A stretch of DNA of 64,000 bases from Bigelowiella natans CCMP2755 (taxonomy: Eukaryota > Protista > Cercozoa), in the NCBI GenBank assembly GCA_000320545.1, contig ADNK01000461.1, positions 1-64,000 on the forward strand, in the 5' to 3' direction. Shown piece by piece: positions 54,490 through 64,000 of this stretch (positions within the stretch are counted from its first letter, which is position 1; each line of letters starts with the position of its first letter). The notes under the pieces were generated by a model. That model did no database searches. It saw nothing but the letters and a program-made list of their open reading frames with translations, and was not told the DNA's origin. Made by a program: the position numbers and the translations under genes.

Positions 54490-57400
54490 TGTTGAGCTCC
54501 ATGCACACTAGCGCATGAAAACCATGCAAGTGTGTGATGTGACAGAAAGAATTATTCGAAAATTTACACAAGGAGCGAGCACATGAAATCAGAAATCATC
54601 GCTTGTGATCACAGCGCCAACAACTTCATTGTCATCATCCAGTGATTGAATGGAGTGTGTTTCTAATGCGCTTTCACAAATGGTTGATTTTATGTCGCAC
54701 CTGCGCAGCCTGCAGCCTGTAGCCCTGCATGCTGCATTGCTTCGATCTTGCATGGCGCAACAACGCTGCAACGATGACATGCATGTGCGAGCTCAGTGCA
54801 CCAATTTTGGATTTTTGTCAATGCTAGAATGCACTGAACCCACTCGATGATGGGGTTGCCTAGTTGCGTGTGTGAACAACTGTGCGCCAGTGTGTGCTAC
54901 GCTTGCGACGCTGTGACACGCACGGCTAGACGGAGCCGCCTGCATTGCACCATTGCACTGTGAATACGCTTCATCACAGGCTGCAATGTGCGCAGGTGCA
55001 TGTTTCTAGTCGTGGCTCATGCACATCGATTGCTAGATCGCACTGGATCGTTCGATTCATCTTGTTCTAGTGTTGTTCGATCGAGCTGCCGCGTGGCAAA
55101 TCATCACAGCTAGACAGCCGCCAATCTGCTAGTCTGGCCATCGCATCGACTTGCGCTAGTTCGATTGACAATGCCAGAATGAGAGCCAGCGCGAGGCCCG
55201 GCGGCCGCGCTAGCGCGGTAGCGAGAATCACAAGCAGGAGAATTGTGGAGAGAGAGTTTAGCAACTGTGGTCGGTCGCGCTGCTCGCCAATTACAGCAAC
55301 ACTGCGTGCTAGCGTGCAGCCTGCATCACTTAGCGCGGTCACACACGCAGCGCCAGCACGAACAAGCAATGTGCGCAGCGAGCAAACGTGCAAAACGCGC
55401 ATGCTGGCACTCTGGCACTGATCAAGAGCACGCTCATTGTTTCAATTTCGATGCAAACCTTGTGATGCGAATAGCCCAATTTCGATGCTTGACGAATTCA
55501 TTCACACGCAGGGAGCACAGCCACAGCAGAGCTGGAGGGCCCCAGCTGGCCAGGCTCGGATCAGTGTGTGCGTTGTGCAACAACATTGAGACACTCAGCG
55601 ATCACGCTAGCACGCCTCTGTTCTTGAAGAAGACTGACTGGTGCACACCCACCAGGCACAGCCCTGTTTTTCAGAGCAGATCCGCCAAAACAATGGAGCC
55701 ATGAAGGCCACACTTGTGCATGCGCGCACGAACGTGTGCAGTCACACACACACACACGTTTTTTCATCCCACCCTGTGTCCCACAAAGCACACATGTTGG
55801 CATGTGTCCTAGACAGGGTGCACGAATGGAGCTACAAAGGCCATGTCAAATCACCTGTTGTGCACTTGGTGCGCGATCAGCCAGCTGCTCGCTTCCAGAC
55901 TTTGTTGTTCTAGTGTTGGCCAAGACCCTGCTTTGTGAGACTTCTCGTGCCATCAGATCAGAGCATCATGGCATACTTCTTTCTTGTGTTCTTCTCAGAG
56001 CACAAACTCAGTTGAACCAATGAATGAAACATCAAAACATTGATTGCGATGAGGGGAGTGGTTCGAATTTGAATTGATCTTGGTGAAGACCAGTGCTCCA
56101 CGCGAGTCGAATCATTTGAAACAATGACGTCAATGGGTGGGCATTTCTGCACACAGATTGAAATGCAATGATGAAACATCGCAGGCAATTTTGCTTCTCG
56201 TGCATTTAGAAGTAAATCTCAAAAAATACATTTTCAATTTTACGATTGTGCTGAAAAACTGCTGCTTCCTGGAAGTCTCAAACATATTGGGACATTTTTG
56301 TGACAACCACCTCAAAACCCTTACTCTAAAACAAAATGATTAACATTTTACAGATTTGTAGGCTGTTTCTTGTGAATCATGGCTCATCACCTTGACTCAA
56401 CAACTAAATCCAATGCTTCTTTTTGATGCACACAACAAACAATTGTTCTGGAACAAAAGAAGATCTTTTCGTGACGAAAGGAAAGCTGTAGAGGAAACTG
56501 CACACAACAGAAACACTTGTCTCTGATTTGCTTTTGTGAAGATGGCGAGCGCAGGTTGGCTTGACACGCATAAAAGATTGATGATTAGGCATTCACAAAT
56601 ACAAATGCTGATGTGCTAATGTGCTAATGTGTTGTGTCGTTGTGTCGTGAGTTTAGCATTGAGTTGTTCAAACTACGAACACGTTGTACCACAGCATTTC
56701 AGACATTAGACAGTTGACATGTTTGATGCGTCCTCAAAAAATGACGCAAAGATTATGTAGGAGGACAGCAACAGCAACCAAATGAACCAGCGTGCTGCAC
56801 GAAATGTGTTGATGGTCTCCAAAACATGGATCCAAATGCGCTCACATACATCTTAAAAGTGGTCAACATCATCAACGCAGCCCTCCTTGCATTTTCTGGA
56901 ATATGGGTTTTCATCACCGTAAATCCGAATCTTCTTCTGGTTCTGGCAGCGCTATATGTGATGTAATGTGAACACAATGTATTCCACTTATTTTGACATG
57001 AAAACCTGAATTAGTGCAACTTTGTGCTTTCCATCTGAAACATTGAAACGTTGTGTTCCGGTCCTCCGTTGTTCCCAGTACATTTAGTTTCGTCCTCCTC
57101 ATGTTCGAACTGAAGCTGGAGAGTTGCAACAGATGCTTTCTGAGAAATATGGGTTTCATGTTCAATTGGACTGGGAGGCTCCTATTTTTCATTTTGTACG
57201 ATTTAAATATTTCAACATGTTCTACTTTCACATGTGAATCACGGCATGTGTTGTTAGCGTTGGAACTCTTGCCTTTGGTCTGGGCGTCGTCGGGATTGGT
57301 ATGGAATTTGGGACATAGCACCATGATAAATTTAAATGTTCGTAAATTCTTAGTGGCAGTTTAGAAAATATGTTGTGATTTGTGTTCTCTTTCGGCCTCA

Positions 57401-58000
57401 CTTCGCACAATGTTTGGCATTCTCTCTGGTAGTCATCGGTGCTTTCACAATGATCAACGCAGCGATCAATGTGGCCATTGTGTGCGTCCATCCAACATTC
57501 TTTGCAAATCTACGTGAGAAAGCTGAGGCAGAAGTCAGAGCTGCGGTGGCAAGTGAGGCGGTAGTACCTGTGAGCGTGAACATCCACAAGATTACAGCAA
57601 CCACAAGATTACATTCCTGTGATCTCGTCACATTGAACTGTCAAACTTCACCCTTAAGTGCTAGTTTGGTTACAGAAACGCCAAGGGGTTCTCGATCAAG
57701 CAGAGCGAGGGTTGGATTATGCAGCAGCAGCTGGCGTCACAGGCGCACAGCAGACCAAAGAAGCTGTAGAATGGGCTCAAGAGCAGAAACAGACACCGGG
57801 TTCAGCAGCTCTCCCGGCTGGCTGGAGAGAAGTTCGAGATGAGCAATCAGGTACATTCATGAAAATTACCACAAGAATAGCAACGCAAACATGAACTAAA
57901 ATGATCGGCAACTTGCGATTTTTATTCATTATTTACGAGACTGTTAAAAAACTTTTTGCTAAATTGAGAATGTGACAAAAACAGACACCATTCCACGCAC

Positions 58001-58041
<41 letters not shown>

Positions 58042-59410
58042 AATGTCATTTTCGAATGTGTTTCCATGTGTTTCTTGTTTGTAAATGCGTGCTGAAGACC
58101 ATGATATGACTCAGGAAGCCCAAAATTGAAATGTGTGTAATTGTAAGAATTGATTACATGTAAATGTAAATGTTGCATAGGAGAGGCTTATTGGATCAAT
58201 TCTGCCACTGGTGAGCAGACCTGGGAACGTCCAACATGAGGAAGGCGCAATAATGTTCACAATGTACGAATCAACAGGCATCATTGACAAAGCGCAGCAT
58301 GCACTATTGCGCTGGCGTTCGCATTTGTTACATGTCAGCGGGACATCACTAATTGTGCAGTTCGTATATGCACGTAACAGTTGTGTGTGCAAGTAGAAAG
58401 AACTACATCATGACTAGATGACGAGCGCAGAGCGAAGTCATAATAGACTCAGCAATGTAACACACATGTCATGTGTGTGGTACATTGCATGTCCATCATG
58501 AGTGCACCTCACTAGATCAGGATGATCATTCTAGCATTGAAAACGTTCAATCCATTCTTCATTGCACCTGTCTCACGCACGTCACGTGCTTGCGGGAACA
58601 ATGCGACATCCAGGTGTGGGCTGCACGTGATCTGCGATCTGCACAAATGGGCGAACTAGCGAAACCCGGGAATTTCACGTGACGGTTTCGCATGTTTCTG
58701 TCCGCAAGAATGACTGAAGCAATGCAGCGGCACTGCACGATTTGTGTGCGAAAAAAAATGACACGTTTTGGCTTGGTTCGAGAAAAAAACTCAATTTTTG
58801 AATGTGCTGGAGGTCAGCTTGTCTGGTTGTGACAAATGAATGAGGCCTGAAAAAAAAGCGCAAAATTTCGAAGTCACTGAACTCAAAATTTCGCAGCTTT
58901 CTCATTTTCGTCATGCCTGGTGCTCTGTCTGCTGTCCATCAGGATGGTCATGTGCTCAAGCGTGGTGTTTTCAAATTCACTTTTTGATCATGCGTGGCCG
59001 CACTAGATTGCACCGAAAATGAGAGAATTTTCTGCCTTTTTTTGCCCTCCTAGAATTTTTGCGCATTTCGCCTACTTGCACATCTAGACATGTGTGCAAT
59101 CCGCATTTGCGCATCATGCATCACACCAAGCTTCACATTCGCATGCGAGATGGGTGATGACAGCATGACAACGTAACGTGCACATTGAGGTGCACATCAT
59201 TTCAACTTCGCCATGTGTGGTAGCTCAGCGCAAGATTGACACTGCTGATGCACATGACGTGAAATGAATTAGCGAGATTACATCTGTCGTGCATGCATGT
59301 GAAATTGTATGTGCAGTGTGCAAGTAGTTCATTTTGAAAAACTGACTATGCTAGCATTCATCATTCATGCATCAACAACTTCATGCAGAGTGGCCGAAAC
59401 CTTGCACGAA
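54490..59410. other. Large partially TpA-depleted, CTAG-retaining island containing one gene
   Basis: Most surviving TA in 54720-56000 and 58400-59150 are in CTAG or in CTA/TAG half-sites. TGCA/CATG/CGCG rich. Confidence 0.75.
56542..58239 (+). CDS. COPI-associated (TVP15-like) membrane protein with C-terminal WW domain, multi-exon (start uncertain)
   Basis: ILKVVNIINAALLAFSGIW..LAALYVI|FSFVLLMFEL...NMGFMFNWTGRLLFFI|VGTLAFG...INAAINVAIVCVHP. WW domain LPAGWREVRDEQSG|EAYWINSATGEQTWERPT-stop is split by an intron. Confidence 0.75.
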
Positions 59411-59418
59411 GCGTACAA

Positions 59419-60420
59419 CTAGGAACCAGTGCAGCATGAAAAAATCCCTGCGACGATTTTTTTAAGAATCTTGCGCCCACATGGAATGAAAGATGCGGAA
59501 TACCTGCATTAATTTATAGTTAATTTTCAGGTGTCACATTTGCTAAATCTAAAACTTCAATTACCAAACTAAAGCACAGAATTGAAAGATCAGAGCTCCA
59601 ATTACAGCAAGTACGTTCCATGGAGGTGGAACCTACATTAATAATATTATCAACTTAATTACGACTTCAAAATATAACTCAAAATTTTCTTTCTTACCAC
59701 AAATGCACAAACCAACGTGATTGCCATAGAAACCAAGTAGATTGTGGTCGCAAGCCTACCGATCCAAAATAAAACAATCCGAATAAATTAGTTACACACT
59801 AGAGCAGCGAGTGCAAATTAATGAGTGAATAGATACCATCTCTCAGAGTCCCACATCTTCTTACACTGAGCGCATGGGCCCCATAGAAAGCATGTCCTAC
59901 ATTGTGCAATCTAATTTGAATAATTTGAGGATACGAACATATTTCTCAGGATGAAATAGATTAGTTTTATAACCCAGCCATTGCAACCAAGTTGCCCGAT
60001 GTGTAGAGTGCAGCAAATATTTCAGGTTGAGTAGTGATTTTAAGGACGAAGATTCCTCCCTGACAGATTTCATACATTGTGTTCCTTCAACAGTTGATAT
60101 GGAACTACAAGATACGATTCCATACTAAGAAAGAGAGGAAGGTTCCAATTCCGAAGCATACTCCCCAGCAGATAATTCTCTGTGTATGTGTAAAAATCAG
60201 TCAGACATGAAAATATTGGAAATTGGAGAGACAGCACTTACTGTTTTAAGGGATAGTTTCGGGCAATGCTCTCCGAATTGGTCCACCCAGCTATCCTCCT
60301 ATAAAGCAGCCACAAAATTAAGGACTTTCTTCTATGAAGAACATCTCTTGTGATCCACCATATTGCGACCTCTTCTTCGTCAGAAAATACATTCTTGAAC
60401 TTTCTCCAGATTTTCGCCAT
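59419..60420 (-). CDS. Vesicle transport protein SFT2-like (Got1/Sft2 family), multi-exon
   Basis: LSLKT|RIICWGVCFGIGTFLSFL, FAALYTSGNLVAM, TCFLWGPCAQCKKMWDSER, ATTIYLVSMAITL, QFCALVW|YSASFIPCGRK. Confidence 0.85.
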
Positions 60421-61143
60421 TGTACAGATCTGTCATTCCGGTAGAATTTTAATCAACTCTTCCCATCGTCCCGACACTTTTTCTCATGATGAATTCTTCC
60501 TCTATTCTTTCATTTCTTCTCCCACTCTGTCCTTCATCCTCTCTCCTTTTTCTTTATCACACCTTTCCTACAAGATTATATTTTCTGTCTCTCTCTCTCT
60601 CTCCTCTTTCGCCTGACGTCTTTTGGTAGATTTGGGGCGGGACCAACTTTTCCCAAGCGATATTTTAAACGATACTACAGGCCTGTAACGATCTTAAAAT
60701 CATTATTTTGCTACCATCGTTTAAATAGAGCGACACGTCTTGTTGTTGTCGCAACTTCACATAGTCTCGTTGCTCGTAAAGCTACGCACTATTTTGTCAG
60801 GGTTGTCCTTCAAAATTAAAAAAATGGCAACAAAATAACACGTGCATCATTCATTCATTCATGTGGAACCGTTTCGACAATAATTTTAGGTGTCTTCTGG
60901 GAGTTCGTAAAAATTACATGTTACTCATCAGACCCAAACTAAAATATCGGCGTACTCCTGAAAAGTTTCCAAAATAAACCAAACAACTTTTGGTGATTTC
61001 TCGTTGTTCTTTTTCTTCTTTTTTCAATAACATAAATAATAATATGACTAGCAAAAAAAGTTGTCCGGTCCCGTTTTTATGCTGGTAATATCTACTCGAC
61101 ATAATACTAGTCTCTCGAGAGCTTCACTCGTCGTAGAAACACG

Positions 61144-61662
61144 ATGTCCAAGTCGGCCTTCTGGGTAGGACTCAAGGCTCTCCCCCTCCTTCACATCATC
61201 ATCCTCACTTCCGTTCCTTATTTTTCGTCCTCTTTTCAATTTTTATCATCGTTTGAATTAATTCCCTTTTCATTTCAGTTTTCAGCTTTCAATGGGAGGG
61301 TCACTAAGACTTATCGAAAGCTTCTCCAAGAAATGCGCAGGAAAAATAAGGAATCCAAGTTTCTCCCGCAAGTAATCAAATCATTTAGGTCCAAAAAGAA
61401 GGACTCAAAAGTTCCAAGTAAGTACGAGATTAAACTGCAAAAATATGCTGAGGATTACTCCGTCATGCTAGCGTCATTGCACACATACGAACAACTTCTA
61501 AAAGAAGAAGGATGGGGAGAGCCGAGAAACGAGGCAGAAAAAATGAAAAATCTTGCGAATCACTGTGGATTAGAGCTCCCAGGACATACGAGAGAATTAC
61601 CTGAAGATGATGCTGGTGCTGGTCAAGCAGAAAGTGTGATTGAGAAGAATGAACCAGCATGA
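61144..61662 (+). CDS. FMC1-like (LYR-related) mitochondrial ATP synthase assembly factor, probably one intron at ~61165-61278
   Basis: TYRKLLQEMR...AEDYSVMLASLHTYEQLL...E.M...ANHCGLELP resembles the FMC1/C7orf55 pattern. The pyrimidine-rich in-frame segment looks like an intron. Confidence 0.6.
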   Translation: MSKSAFWVGLKALPLLHIIILTSVPYFSSSFQFLSSFELIPFSFQFSAFNGRVTKTYRKLLQEMRRKNKESKFLPQVIKSFRSKKKDSKVPSKYEIKLQKYAEDYSVMLASLHTYEQLLKEEGWGEPRNEAEKMKNLANHCGLELPGHTRELPEDDAGAGQAESVIEKNEPA

Positions 61663-62353
61663 GTTCAGGTGGGGGAAATGAAATCAACAAGAAATGTGGT
61701 TGTGGGATTTTACTCAAAAAATATCTGCTCCCCAGCATACGTAGATGTAGCATCATCAGGCGCAAGAGAAATGAAGCATGCATGCATGTCCATGTTATCT
61801 AGTTATATCTAGACATGTAGATATATAGATGTGTTGCGATGCGCAGTCCAGCACGAACTCGCGATGCGATCGCAGCTAGCTAGCTCTAGAGCTGGTAACA
61901 GCTGGAATGACATGAGCAACATGTTGCTTGCCTGTGCGTGGCCCATAGCACGCCACGTTACGTGCCTGAATCATCGCAATCAACGACGACGCTCATCATG
62001 CATGTTGTCACGTGCAAGCAAATATGAGCTATTTATTAGCAGATGAACATGCTATAGCACTGTAGCATGCATGGCGCTAGCTAGATGGCACACAGCAACA
62101 ATGCGTGCGTGCGCTCGTGCCTTCACCATGATACCAAGAGTCTTTATTTATTTGGGCACAGCTAGACAGCACCCCAAAAAATTCGGCTGTAACAATTCGT
62201 AATAATGTGCTTCACATCGACTGCAATTGTCTGTCTGCTGGGCCAATGATAATAATATTTCGCCGAACGTACATCTAGAATATGTATCAGGGCTGCGCAA
62301 TGTTGTTCGTGATATAATGTGCGTTTTCTTAAAACAAATTTATTATCCCGTAT

Positions 62354-64000
62354 CTAACTAGTATGGTATTTACAAAGGGATGTAGCTTCTTTCGGGCCCG
62401 AAATTTCATAATATTGACCCGGATGCTTTTCCTTTGCATACAACCTCTGCGCATCGACGAGATTCGGAGAATTGTGATCAAAAAATACTATGAAGTCGCA
62501 GTAAGTTTCGTAGAACATTGTTGAACCCTGATTTTATCATTGATTACATTAGAATCTTGTGTGATGTATGTAACGAGGCCAATGTCGAAAAGAAAGCAAG
62601 TATCAGTTTGTACTTACAATACCAACAATTGAAATTTTTTGTCCGACCTGTAATTGCAACACAGTAGCCAAAATGGATCGGATCCTTTCGTCGTACAACT
62701 CAACTGAAGATGAAAAACTCGCAAATATTCCGTTCCTATTACGCACCAATGCCTGCTCCAAACGATGAAGGAAAATACCAATATTTCTTGTCACACGAAA
62801 GCCTGTATTGATGCCGACACCCTGTTTTAACACAAAATTTATTATGCTGGAAACTATGGTAATTTATCTGAATAAAGAAGCTGGACTCTCCTTGTTTCTT
62901 CCTCATATATATTCTGCAACTAACTGCCTGCTGGTGTAGACTACTACCAAACGATAATGTGCTGTAGATAGAGCATCACCCACGAGAAGAATAGCTCCAG
63001 CAACAAAAGTGGTTGTGTCCTTAATCCCGGCTTTATCATCATCATCACCACCACCAGCTACTTTTTGAAAGATAGTCTGCTGCTGTGTCAGTATTTTGGA
63101 GGTATCCGAAGCGACATTGACAGTCACGGGAAAGATTCCAGCCTCAAGTCTGCAGCAGCAGCAGCAGTCGAAGCAACAGAAACAGTATCCATGTATAAAC
63201 AACAACAACGATAAACAAAAACAACGATATACACAACTCCAAATTCATGCAAACCAATCGCGTGCCACCTCATATCCTAAGTATCTTTGCACAAGAACAA
63301 TAGAACATATCTTTCTTACTTTCCATTGTGTTTCTTTGCTATCCTAGCCCTCATATCTTGCACATTTTTAAAGGGTTTTTTAAGTACTACACGACAAACT
63401 TCGAGAATAGTTTGCCAGGGAAGATGTCCATCCCCTCCCCCGATATTTCTTCTTTTCTCTTCAATAATTTTGTCGCCCTTCTCCCGCGTGAATAAGAACT
63501 GCATTTGACAATGACCGAAATAGAATCTCTGACAAAAGTATATTGTAACATCCCCAACTTGTCAATAATCAAAACGTTGTTAAGCGACAGAGAGAAGACA
63601 GTTTAATATTCTAATATCTATGTTATACAACCTTGAACACAGCAGTGACTCCCTCCACTAAGAACCCTACATAGTAAGGATCTTGCCCTTGAGCGTCATC
63701 TCTAGTTTCAGGACATTTACCGCTCATTTCTTCGGCCTATATATCATCAGGAAGTAGAAGAATACAATCAATGAACCCACAATTAGTGGAATACGGCCTC
63801 ACCCATTTTTCTAAAGCGGTAGCATATGATGTGATTCATCAAGGAAAACATTTCTGGATTCTGCTACGCGCTGCTTTCGACGGCATAATACGGTTATACT
63901 CACTATTCGATCCAAAATTACAAGTAGTACAACGAATTTTCATCATCATCATCATCATAATAATACAGTAATGTTACCTTGAACGTAATGATCATTGAAA
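62354..64000 (-). CDS. 3' part of a multi-exon hypothetical gene running off the window
   Basis: Minus-strand exon-like pieces (LEAGIFPVTVNVASD..., FYETYCDFIVFFDHNSP...CKYHTS-stop) separated by microsatellite-containing introns. Confidence 0.45.

Noticed and set aside
55205-55219. Palindrome CCGCGCTAGCGCGG (core also at 20890-20903) and abundant CTAG as Helitron 3' ends
   Set aside because: No hairpin-plus-spaced-CTRR terminus, 5' TC end or Rep/helicase remnant could be shown. The short match is compatible with convergent end-products of TA erosion around a spared CTAG.
58670-59070. Possible MITE/DNA-transposon remnant
   Set aside because: The composition is suggestive, but I could not identify terminal inverted repeats or a target-site duplication by eye.

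Overview
Gene-dense, intron-rich, microsatellite-rich eukaryotic nuclear DNA. The style (many short GT-AG introns, one possible bipartite plastid leader) would fit a chlorarachniophyte-like protist, but that is inference. About 17 protein-coding genes are supportable: WNK-type kinase with SAM domain, prolyl-4-hydroxylase, Nup50-like, sulfotransferase, PH-ankyrin-FYVE-R-SNARE protein, Bmt6-like rRNA methyltransferase, a bacterial-type domain protein, DUF1415, Aa_trans transporter, GT92-like, COPI_assoc-WW, SFT2, FMC1-like and several hypotheticals. There is also one ~4.9 kb degenerate non-LTR retrotransposon (APE+RT+CCHC) at ~15.3-20.2 kb. The outstanding signal is an apparent 'reverse-RIP' process. 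Across 15404-20458 I find only six TpA dinucleotides, all within CTAG, while TG/CA are abundant and conserved Tyr/Val residues of the element read Cys/His/Ala. This indicates TpA->TpG/CpA (A:T->G:C) hypermutation on both strands that spares TAG-context adenines. Similar TA-poor, CTAG-retaining islands occur at ~37.0-38.3 kb and ~54.5-59.4 kb, with weaker ones elsewhere, all between convergent gene ends. Gene boundaries were read by eye and are approximate; counts are manual.
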